The position numbers and the translations under genes are program-made. DNA of 64,000 bases. Source: Nymphaea colorata (taxonomy: Eukaryota). Positions 53,082 to 64,000 of this stretch are shown here, one piece after another. Below the pieces are notes generated by a model. The model did no database searches and had not been told where the DNA came from. It saw nothing but the letters and a program-made list of their open reading frames with translations. Numbering within the stretch: the first letter of the stretch is position 1; every line of letters starts with the position of its first letter. The stretch spans positions 35,836,001-35,900,000 of the forward strand of contig NC_045138.2 in NCBI RefSeq assembly GCF_008831285.2, written 5' to 3'.

Positions 53082-56000
53082 TCAACCCGACTCGCTTGAA
53101 CTAGAGCTCGAGCTCGAGCTAGAGCTAGAGCTAGATGACTTCTTATGTTTGGATTTTTGTACCTTATTTGCCAGCATATCTTTTGAACTCGAGTCATCTA
53201 CCTTATTGTTGTCATTAGTTGATGTATTTTCTCTGTTTACATCAAAGCTGTTGTGGGGTTCCTTCTTACCAACTTTGTCAGATTTTCTTTCTTCGACCAC
53301 ACGCACTTCAACAATGGCAGTCTGAAGTTCGATCATCTCAAGATTCGACCTCTCAGAGTTGGAAGCTACATGTTGATCCTGTTCTAAAATAGGTTTATTG
53401 AGGGAGTTTTCCCCAGGACCCTGCTTGTTAAATTGTTTTAATGCCAAGTCAATATCCTGAACTTGAAGCGTTCTTGCTTCAAGCACTTCCAACATTTCAT
53501 GATTCTCATGCAAACTGGGGAAGTGTTTGACATCAGCTTGGGAATCATGTTTCTCACTATCGCCTTGAGAAAACTGGTTTAACATGTCATGATGAGATCT
53601 TGCTTCAACAAATTCTGCCTCTGACTCGTCGTACCTCACTTCCAAATGCTCCCATGCAGAGCCACCCTCATACAGAGTAGAATCATTTTCATGTTCAGCC
53701 AAATCATGAGTGAATTGTTTGCTAGATTCTCCCTCCCTGAACTGCTTGAAAGCAAGATCAATGTCCTCCACTGATTGTGCCTCAAGAACCTTCATCTGTG
53801 TCAAGGAACTTGTTTCAGGAGTTTCCTCAGACTCTTTACCAGATTCCATTTGTTTTTGAAATGATTTGCTAGATTCTCCCTCCCTGAACTGCTTGAAAGC
53901 AAGATCAATGTCCTCCACTGATTGTGCCTCAAGAACTATCATCTGTGTCAAGGAACTTGTTTCAGAAGTTTCCTCAGACTCTTTACCAGATTCCATTTGT
54001 TTTTTAAATGATTTGCTAGATTCTCCCTCCCTGAACTGCTTGAAAGCAAGATCAATGTCCTCCACTGATTGTGCCTCAAGAACTATCATCTGTGTCAAGG
54101 AACTTGTTTCAGCTGTTTCCTCAGACTCTTCACCAGATTCCATTTGTTTTTGAAATGATTTGCTAGATTCTCCCTCCCTGAACTGCTTGAAAGCAAGATC
54201 AATGTCCTCCACTGATTGTGCCTCAAGAACTATCATCTGTGTCAAGGAACTTGTTTCAGCTGTTTCCTCAGACTCTTTACCAGATTCCATTTGTTTTTGA
54301 AATGATTTGCTGGATTCTCCCTCCCTGAACTGCTTGAAAGCAAGATGAATGTCCTCCACTGATTGTGCTTCAAGAACTATCATCTGTGTCAAGGAACTTG
54401 TTCCAACAGCTTCCTCAGACTCTTCACCAGATTCCAATTGTTTTTTAGGCTTTTGGACACATAACATCTCTTCTGCAACTCCAAAGTCACCAATCGAATC
54501 CAATTCCTGCAGCAGGTCTTCATCAAGCTCTTTCATGGATTCTACTTCCCCTTCTCCCATGACCCAATTGTCATGGTCGGCACCTAGATACTCCTGGGAA
54601 ATCCTAGTAACACCTGATTGATTCATCTCATTATGCAAGTCTAAAGAATCTGAGACAGACATTCTGATCTCTTGAATTATTGAAGTTCCCATGAACTCCC
54701 TCCTTGTGCTACATTCTTTAGTTGCATCTGATAATGGCACAGAGACATGCTTTGGTAATTCATCATCGGATCCACTTGGTTTTGGCTCCACGCCAGGTGA
54801 ACTTGCTGATTCCAGAAGCTTCAAGGGCTCCAAAGTGGTTGATGCAGTAATGCGAACACCAGTGTGCCCCACAGAACCAACATCATCACTAGACAATTGC
54901 ATATAATCAACATGCAAATTTCCAGTATCGTGGAACCCTACCACCTGAAAATCAGCACAGCAACATTTATTATCCAATGCTTTGAAAATGTTCCTGAATA
55001 TTAATAAAGAATTGATGATATTTCAAGAAACTGACCTTTGATCCTCCTCCATTATCAACAGATAACGGATGAACAGCTGATTCATCTCCTGTAACACGTG
55101 CCCCATCTGATACTACAATAGTTTGACTATGTACTGTTGAAGAGCCATCTGACATGGAAATGACAAAAGAATCTGATTTCTCCCCAAATTCATATGAATG
55201 AGCATGAATGTGGACAAAATCTTCATCATCCTTAGAGAGCAATGGCTGACATAATTCAACATTATGAGCAACCCCTCCATATTTCTCGGAGCAAGATGGT
55301 GTTTTTTGAGTCTCACAAACAAGGTTTCTTGCATCTTCTCTAACAAGCAGCTCCACTTCTGGTTTTGGTGCCCATGTGGACAAATCAGAAACACGTACAA
55401 GTTTATCTGTTTCAATTGATGACTCTTCTAGAAAATGAGAATCTTGTTCTGTTTGACTTGCCTGAGTGGTGTGACCTTGAACTGCAGTTTTGCCAACTTG
55501 AATCACGTTAACTTCTTCAAATTCTGGGGGTCCCAGTGGCCTCAACTCCATGTCCGCTACTATAATCAAGCTTGATGATGCCTCGCTTGTGTACTCTTTT
55601 CTGGAATAGACTTTCTCTTTTTCTTCAGCTTCTTTAAACTCTAGAGGTGCTTGTCCACTGTCAGAATGATCACTCTCAACAGACAGGCCATTTTCATCTG
55701 CAATTGATTCACTTAGCAGGGTGTTTCCAGTGACCAAAATATTTACTGAGCCAGTCGGAGCATGCAGTGTTATTGTCTCTCCCTCTTTATCAACAACCTT
55801 TTCTCCACACACCTGCTCACCTGTGCTAGAAGAATCTAACTTTGAAGCATATATGCAAGGATTAGAGTGTACAGAATTATCTTCCCAATCTTTCTGGCAA
55901 TCCACAGAAAAAAGTGATTCACTCTGCACAACATGGCTTGTGCTAGACTTCACACTTCCATTCCGAATACTAGCAATACTTTCTTCTTCTAACTGAAGAT

Positions 56001-57966
56001 TGGAAATATATAGTTGTTGAGTATTTGCACCAACTGCTTCACTAACATCGTCATGAAAATATAAACTCAAGGAAGGAGAACTAGCATCAATTGTTTGTTG
56101 TTTTTTGGGTTCAGCAAGGCTCATGTCAACAAGTGAATTAACATGAAATAAGCCCTCGGTACATGAAACAGATTCTATGTCAGGTGTACTATAAAGGGGA
56201 ATCATGTCAGTGTCAATCTCACGGTGATCTATAGCTTCAAATGTTGATGCTCCAGTGATCAGGGTTTCATTTGTATTCAACCTTGTCATAGATTCTCCAT
56301 GGTTTAACATTTCATCCACAAATACCTCCTCCACATCAGCATGTTCTTGCAGAAGGGAAAAAGGTTCCCATTTTCCCGATGGGATTAAAGGTGGCATGGC
56401 TGATGATGAAGGCACCGAAGACACCACCATTTCTTCTGCTTTACTGCAGAGTAGATCAAGAGGATTTTCACTGGAAGGAGCAACTGGTTGGGATTGAATC
56501 TGAACAGGTTCCAGGACCATATTGGATGTAGAGTCATCACAGTCCAACAAAGACATTTTATCTTCTGACTGTAGGTCTATAAGATCCTTTTCTGATTGTA
56601 GGTCTATAAGATCCTCCTCTTCCTTGATCTTTTGGTTCCTCCTAGCATGATGCCTTGCCATCAGATTCTCCAACCCTTGATTCCTCTCTAATTCAGAACT
56701 GCCAATGTCCATAACGATATTTCTGTCATCTTCAGTCCAGGTGACACCAGAGACGCACTTTTGTCCTTCATGCTTTCCTGCTGGAATCCTCTCACGTTCC
56801 TTCTCAATCTCGACACTGTCATTTTCATCATCCCCATCATTGGGATTGTCACCTTGATCATCAACAACAGAAATATAGCTTTCAGAAGCCTCAGCATTAA
56901 TACTATTAGATACTTCAGCAGAAGAGGGTTGAGTAGATTTAAGAGGGTAAAGTTTATCGAGCATGGGTATTAAATCTACCAAAGAAGTATCAGGAGAAGA
57001 ACTCCCAGTATCGTCTGAACTAGAGTCAGAGCACATGCCATGATGATCAACCCGCACCCGAGGTAATACCAAGGAGGAAGGAAGAGTATTTGGAACATTG
57101 GTTTCAGGAATTTTTCCATCATCTTCAAAATCTTTGACATTGATCTTAGTCTCTGAATCATGGTCCACCAGATTCTGCTCTTCTCTTGACTTCTCCATAT
57201 CATTTGTCACAAAACAAACAGTCCTTCCGCTGTTTGAACGACAATAAAATTCGCTGTTGCTTTCAATATCCTCCTGAGCTTCGTCGAGAGTTGAGTCCTC
57301 AACCATTTCATTACCATTAAGTTCTCTTCCCGAATAGCTAGTGCCCATCTGCAATTCATCCATTCCTTTGACACGTATAGGAGTAAAGAACACTTCAAAC
57401 TCGCTCTTAGGATCTCCAACGATAATTTCTTCATCTTTCTGTCTCTCCGCAGGGATACTGGTTCCACCCTTTTTTCCTTCTTCCTCTTTGCTGGTTGGGA
57501 AGCGATCCGCACCGTTGGCCTCTATCTTGTCAAAATTCGAATTTAGATCGTTATCGACCCCTTCGTCGAATGATTTAATCGTGTCTCTTTCCTTGTAAAG
57601 TAAAGGAGTCCGCAATTCAGAATTCCCATCCTTCTCAACGACAACATGATCAACACCACCAACGACTTCAAGAGAAGAGATCTCTTGCCTGCTCTCCGCC
57701 TCTTCCTCCTCAGTGACATTAGGAATATGGGGCTGCCCAAGACTCAGAAGTGTTCCAAGGAGAACAGCAGTGCATATGATCACCGGAGAATTGGAAAGCA
57801 CGAAGAAGAACACAGCAGGGGAGTATCTGTACAACAAAACGAGAAAAACTAACATGCCCGCAACAAAAGGGTGTCGACGCACAGACCTATAAGAAATCCT
57901 ACTGAAAAGGATCAACCATTTCTTTGCGTGAAAACCAACTTCTCTCCAATCAATAGTCATCTTCAT
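53082..57966 (-). CDS. Uncharacterised plant protein, N-terminal transmembrane region plus long acidic low-complexity body (resembles the Arabidopsis At5g17910/At2g29620-type family from memory), ~1597 aa; exons 55036-57966 and 53082-54944
   Basis: Two long ORFs joined in phase 0 by a 91-nt intron (AAG|GTCAGT at 55035, TTTCAG|GTG at 54945). Recognisable blocks HPF…LYRYSPAVFFFVLSNSPVIICTAVLLGTLLSLGQPHIP, SSSPDTSLVDLIPMLDKLYPL, WTEDDRNIVMDIGSSELERNQGLENLMAR, LLQELDSIGDF; poly-Ser C-terminus. Confidence 0.88.
53721..54445 (-). repeat. In-frame coding tandem repeat, 5 x 147 bp (49 aa)
   Basis: gct(a/g)gattctccctccctgaactgc recurs at 53721, 53868, 54015, 54162 and 54309 (exact 147-bp period); unit KQMESGKESEETAETSSLTQMIVLEAQSVEDIDLAFKQFREGESSKSFQ. 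Confidence 0.97.
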
Positions 57967-59492
57967 TTTTCAGTTCCCCAATCTCGGCAATCTGATAAAG
58001 CCAGTAAACAGTTCCAGCAAAGGCTAACCTAAGGACCTGTTTGCAAAAATATCAGATATCAGACAGACACCCTCAAAAACAAATGATGGGCATTATCTAA
58101 AATGTAGAAATTAAGAGATAGAAGGTAACAGCGGCAGACAGAAGAGCACAGAACCAGGTTCGATTCAACAAAGAAGTTCCATCTTCCTGATGGGCACAAC
58201 AGAAGAACCACAGATATTACGAGGCTAATCGCAATAGGAGGAAGAGATCCACTTACTTGGATTGAAGAAGAAGCTTCTTTCTGGTTTGCAACGCTCAATC
58301 TCTCTCTATTAATCGCTCTTTTTCAGATTCTTTGCTTTTTCTTTGAGGCGGTTGGACGGCGGAGCTGATGACAGGAGAGGGCGGTAGCATTTCTTTTAAG
58401 ACGAGAAAGCATATGTAGGGGCCGACCATGATCACTTCCTTCCATTTCTCCAGCACCTTTCCTGCGCGCAATCGACAGCGGGGTCTTCTTTCATTTGAAA
58501 ATCATATTCAGGGTTGTCTTTCCAATTATAACCTCGCCCTCGTCTACAATGTCATGGATGTTGGGGCGCCCAAGCCCAACATCGTCGGCCGTAGGGAGTG
58601 AAGCTTCTTCCCTGCAGAACAAGAACTTTACAAGAAAAAAAAAATGAATCCTCTTAGAGCTGATTTTATTTTTAATTTCTTGGCTTTACAACATAACAGT
58701 TTTTGTTTTGATGAAAATTTTGAATCGTATATTTCATCTCAAATCTCCTATTCACTACCATCTGAAACTTTTTTTAGGATTATCAAACGCGCCGTAGAAG
58801 ATATCGAAATTGATGAAGCCATTGCTCCTTTTTTTAGTTAAATTCAAAAGAAAATAAAAGAGAAGAATTAAGCTTTTTCATCTAGCACCCGAGCATTACA
58901 GAAAAATACCAATAACTTGCTATTTAGTTTGATTTGGTTAAAAAATATATATCTGATTAATGGTCAAATATGGATTTTGTATCAAATAAGATGGATTCTT
59001 GATGTCAATGAACATTTAAATCTGATTGTACATAAAAAAAAAACCGAATTTGGTTCGATATTTTGTTAGTTAAAGCATATCAGTCAAATTAGCTGGAACT
59101 TTAGCGAACAGTAACATGCCATCTGAATCTGACCTGGCTACACCACAAGCACCATGACCGCCAAAAGAGCGAAAAGGGATGTTCTTGAAAGTTGAAACGC
59201 TTTGGTGGACTTAACGGAAGAAGGAGCTACACGTAATTGCAACGAAAGGTGATCAATATTCTCGGTACCCTCCGTGGTTCCCTCCCCCGCCTAAACATGG
59301 ATCGCCGATTTTGCCACCCGAGGAATTGGTACCGGCCTGAGAGGCGATGGTGGGCCCCCAGCACCCCTCCTCTACCTTCCCGTCTCTGCCTGTAAAGAGG
59401 TTTTCTTTTAAAAGGATGAGATTTAGTGACGTTATTGCATTACAATATACGCTTAATGGCCATCATTAGATTGTATAATAACTAACCATATA

Positions 59493-59809
59493 ATCGTGGA
59501 CCCGATCCACCGCCCCATAAGATAAGGTGATTCTCTTACGGCTCTGCACTCCCATCTTCGGATTCAAATTTCGGTGATCGCATCCAATTAGAAAATTCAC
59601 ATTCCACAGTAAGTGAATTTTAAATATGGCGTAGAAGTTTTCTCATACATTATTTTGATGAATATCTGTCTATATTTAAAAATACATGTGGATATATGCA
59701 ATTGTGGAATTATTTACTATGGTTAAGCACTACGCAATTAATTGGATATGGTCATAGTACTATTTAATCCAAATCTCGTTACCCATGATAGGCGGGCTTG
59801 ATCCACGAA
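59493..59809. mobile_element. Degenerate fold-back / MITE-like element
   Basis: Nested inverted blocks: tcgtgga/tccacga at the ends, ccgcc/ggcgg, atccaatta (59582)/taattggat (59739), attccaca (59601)/tgtggaat (59703). Confidence 0.5.
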
Positions 59810-60161
59810 TGAAAGTGGATGAATCCCCAAGCCAAGGCAAGAATCAAGATGGCCTGATCAATAGTTTCAACAATGTCTCCACACCTTTAAACAACAAAAA
59901 GAAGTGGTTTTAGTTTTTCTGGATTTTTATTCGGTATAATTTGTATTTGACATTAAAAAGAAAATTGTTCTATACGTAGAGCGCGTCAAAAGCAAAAGGT
60001 GCTTTTCGATATGGGATTGATTGTATAACAGACTCACATCAGGCCATATAATTTGTACTTTTACATAGTCTCTCTCTCTCTTTCTATGTAAACCACAAAT
60101 TAAATTGACTAAATGACTCTAATCAGTATATGTAATTTTCATCTTTACTTGTCTTTCTCTC

Positions 60162-60166
<5 letters not shown>

Positions 60167-60200
<34 letters not shown>
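60167..60200. repeat. (TA)n microsatellite
   Basis: About 16 TA units read directly; a shorter run lies at 61890-61911. Confidence 0.9.
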
Positions 60201-60203
<3 letters not shown>

Positions 60204-63200
60204 CATTTCTTTTGTCTATAATTATTTGCCACAAAGAAAAAAGAAAGTCAAATTGCATGCTTTTAAGTTGGTCGCCTTCTAAAGAATGCTTTGCATGTGA
60301 CCATCCTGTTTGCATCCTGTACTGTTGCTCTTCTTTTTTGGATTGTTTTTCTTTTTTTAAAAAAAAAAAAATATGACTGTGGGGCAGATGAAAAAGCAAA
60401 TATTTAGAGTTCCGTGGCAGGTTGGAACTCGAGTGGGCCTTCCATGGTTTTATTCGATTCGCCTTTCTTCCTCCCCTTTAATGTTTTTCTTCTTCTTTAA
60501 CAAATCAAATATTGTGCTTTTAGTACGTCGCATCGGAGGATCTATATCTTCACGACCAAGCTAACGTTTTTAACGCCAAATGAAATTAAGGCTTTCAAAT
60601 TAATTTCCTGAAAGATGGCGAGGCGAGAATGAAAGTTCATATTGCCTCGCTACCCATGACGTCGGTGCAGTTTACCTTACCTTCCAACTATCTATCTTTT
60701 CTTATAGAAATTATATCGAGAAATTCATTAAGGAAGCTCATAGATTTGATGTGAATATAGTGTAGCATGCTTTTACTAATATGGCAAAAGGTCCTCCGTA
60801 AAATTCATACTTCCTAAAAGATCTTTACTTGAAATTCTTATTTTGTTTCTTTTTATTTGAGAAAAAGTCGGATTTAAGACCGGAGAGGGGAGGGCTGATC
60901 TTAAATCTATGGTTCTCAAATCCTAAGAATTTAAGATAGATGCAATTAAATACCCCTAAATGATTGTATGATAGTATGAGAAAAAAAAAGTACCCATGTG
61001 ACATGGATCAAAATATTTAAAGAGATGCTGCTTTTTATCAGCCTTATGAATTATAAAGCAACTAATGGGAGTGGAGGAGAATTCTACCAACCGAGTGATT
61101 CCTTTTTCTCTGTGCTCTTGGGGTTTAGGGCTGTAATTGTGCTGCATGTCAATTAATGTATTGTTGGGTTAGAACATCTGAAATGGCTTAAAATTTTTTT
61201 TTTGGCATGTGGATTAGACGTAAAAATGGCTCGAAAATTAACAAAGATTTGATATCTTCGAAAGTTCGAAAAGTTTTATATGCAAAATCATATTTGGGCA
61301 TCCGAAAACTAGCGTAGTAGCATCTTGGGTTAAATGTTCCTTTCTTTATAGTAGAAAAACTGATTCATTTGAGGGGACAGAAAATTTGACGACTCTGTAC
61401 CGGTGAAAGAGAACACCAGTACATGTTCAGACACTAACGGTAAACATTCCGCCGCAGATACTTTTCCTTGTAGCATCTGCGCTGCAAGCATCAAATTTTG
61501 GGAGAGTAGGACGGTGACTGAACATTTGAAAAGACAAAGACAATTATGCTTATATAAAGAATGATCAACTAGAGTTCTTCCACCCTATCTTCCCTATGAA
61601 AACAGACCTCATAACATATATATATATAAAAGAAAGAGAGAAAGAGAGATTGATTAGTAGGCATGTGATCCTTAGGTAGGTACAAGAAGGAATCATATTG
61701 ACTATTGATCTTTTTAAAATAAAAAGTTGAAAGAAGATCAACGAGAAAAAAAAAACAAAATATTTTAGTCATATATCATTAACCAACAGTCTTTTTTCCC
61801 TTAATTTTTTTTTGTCCTTCATTTTGAAAATATCAATAGACGACATTATTCTTTATACACTTAGGGGTCACGAACCTATCAATTTCTTTTATATATATAT
61901 ATATATATATAAGAGAATATGTCTTTAACTTTTTTTAAACGTGACACCCGCGAAGCTTACGGAAGGAAGCTCGTGCGTCCGACCTCTTTCTCACTACCAT
62001 TCTCTTCATCAATTTCTTTTTCTAGAGCAATTTGCTGCAATTTCTTTCTTTTATAATGCCACTTGCCATTCTTATTTCTTGGAGTGGACATATGCACTTG
62101 CGCATTTAGTTTCCATACTTCATATGGGGTTTAAACGGTTAAGAACTGAATGTCCGACCGGTAAATAAATATAAACATGCAGATTCGACAAGAAATTTTT
62201 TTTAGTCTGAATTTGGTTTCTGATCTAAAGATATGCCCAAAAATATAATTCCAAATGGGTGCAAAATGTTGGATTCCAGATTTGCCCAATTAGGGTTTAC
62301 AGTTTATCTGGTTCACATCCAACTCTTGAATCAAAGTCCCAGTCTGATTGTGCTGTGGTTGAGTTCAATTTTGTATCCCCGAAAATGACAGTCGTATTCT
62401 TGGTAGCAGCGCCACCAGTTCCCCCTTTAAACCAAATGCAAGAGAAGCGGCGCAGACACATAAAGAGAAAAGAAGGGGCCTGATGGCTTCTGCAGTTAAC
62501 TGGAAAAACATTCTACCACCACCATGAAAGGAGTCTGGCAGAAATGATGTGTTGCTCCTGACTGGAAAGAAGGGCTACTGTGATCTGTTCACTTAGAGCA
62601 ATGACAGAGGTGCAGTACAATGCAACCCAACAAAGCATCAGGATGCCATTATTTCTGTTGAAAGCGAACTGCGCACCTCTCTTTTATGTTCAAAAGGGGA
62701 ATAAGAGAGAAAAGATGTCGAACGAAAAAAGGAAAAAGAGAAAGAAAGCTTAGGCATGGCAATAAGAGTACTCTGTTTAGGAGTTGGACTTCCAAGACAT
62801 TGAAGTTGGATTGAAGAAAGTCAAAAGTTCAATAATTGCTGCTGAATGCCCATCTAAAAACAAGGCTAACACGTACTTCTGCCATCTTGGTACAACTTAA
62901 CAATCATAGCCAACTGAAAACTAATAAAAATTGAAGTTCCTGTTTTCTCCAACTGCCAAAATACCCATTTTAATTGTTACGGCTCCAGTGACGTGAAGCT
63001 TGAGGTTCAGCTCCAAGGTCATGATGCCCGACAATTCTCAGAAGTGGACATCGACTATGTTTAACATGCATGAAAGAATCACGTAGTCGGATACAAACAA
63101 GTAATCTCAAGTAGCAAAATTTTGCAAACTATTATCAATGTGGTTGCTGGTTAGAGTTAACCTTCGAAGAAATGGCATTTCCTAAAAAGAAGATGAAATT

Positions 63201-63818
63201 TTAACCACCGACAGAGAGGTGCTGAGTTTTGAAAAATGAGAAAGAAATGAAAGAGAGTGTAGATGAAACGAAATGATTCAGGTTGACAGCATAATATGAA
63301 ATATAAACAGCCGAATATCCTAAAAATTAAAAAGATTATTAGGAGCAGGCTCAGGCAGGCAGCAGCACAAGCGGTAACCCAATTTATGAAATAATGATTC
63401 AGTCACGGTTTCCATGATTTCTATCTAGATTCTTATAGCTTTTAATTAAAGTGACTGAATTGTTTCTGGTCAATGTACGATATCCATCTACAACCATCAA
63501 TGTTGGGATCACATAGTTAATTTTCCTAGCAATAGAAGTAGCCAATAAATACATGCAATTATTACAGCTGCAACTTTTAAAAGCTTTTCCACAGTTGGTG
63601 GACTCTCGATTTCAGCATTGACTCATGCAATAGCCTATGGGCGCATCATATCACCAGTCATATATATGACTGCCTAACACTTTCTTCCCCTATGAAGTTT
63701 TCGTCATTTCTATCGACAATCTTCGGATATGTGAAGCTAACAGAGGAAGCAAAAAAGGATTACAGATGACAAAATTAAAATTGCAGAAACATTTTGTACC
63801 ATCGCAGTGTTATTCCCT

Positions 63819-63885
63819 TTAGGTTTCTGAAAACGCATGTGGCCCAGGGCGCCCAACTCCTCCTTTACAAGCAAATATGACCAAC
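63819..63885 (-). CDS. Possible terminal coding exon of a gene lying mostly beyond the right edge
   Basis: Pyrimidine-rich tract ending ACTTTCAG, then a GC-richer segment reading LVIFACKGGVGRPGPHAFSET* in one frame, followed by AT-rich UTR-like sequence. Product not recognised and frame uncertain. Confidence 0.3.
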
Positions 63886-64000
63886 CTGAAAGTTCATTCA
63901 TATGAAAGACAGAGAACAGCAAACTGTTTGCTGAAGACCATGCTTTCATGTTCCAAACTGAAGGACAGATAAATTTTGTCCATGAAGTGTTTTTCATGCA

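Noticed and set aside
53866..54906. Plus-strand ORFs over the repeat-containing exon
   Set aside because: Antisense shadows of the real minus-strand CDS

Overview
Eukaryotic, intron-rich flowering-plant genomic DNA; no prokaryotic features, CRISPR arrays, rRNA or tRNA genes were found. Seven protein-coding genes can be reconstructed by hand from splice sites and reading frames: (1) the 3' end of NSE1, the RING subunit of the SMC5/6 complex (+); (2) a PQ-loop vacuolar amino-acid-transporter-like gene (-) whose last intron is a clear U12-type (minor spliceosome) intron; (3) a DUF630/DUF632 gene of the APSR1/NRG2-like family (+); (4) a 13-exon ERGIC3 gene (+); (5) an intronless GC-rich NDR1/HIN1-like (LEA_2) gene (-); (6) the P5A-type ATPase PDR2/MIA (-), which has a GC-AG intron; (7) a two-exon gene (-) for an uncharacterised ~1597-aa protein with an N-terminal membrane anchor, an acidic body and five near-identical 147-bp (49-aa) tandem repeats. 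A possible terminal exon of an eighth gene lies at the right edge. Intergenic and intronic DNA holds short MITE-like elements, a 3x ~167-bp tandem repeat and microsatellites. I cannot support a wholly new biological system from the sequence alone. The best leads are the repeat-expanded membrane-anchored acidic protein, the U12 intron, the duplicated basic tail of NSE1 and the non-coding tandem repeat. Family assignments come from recognised motifs, not database searches.
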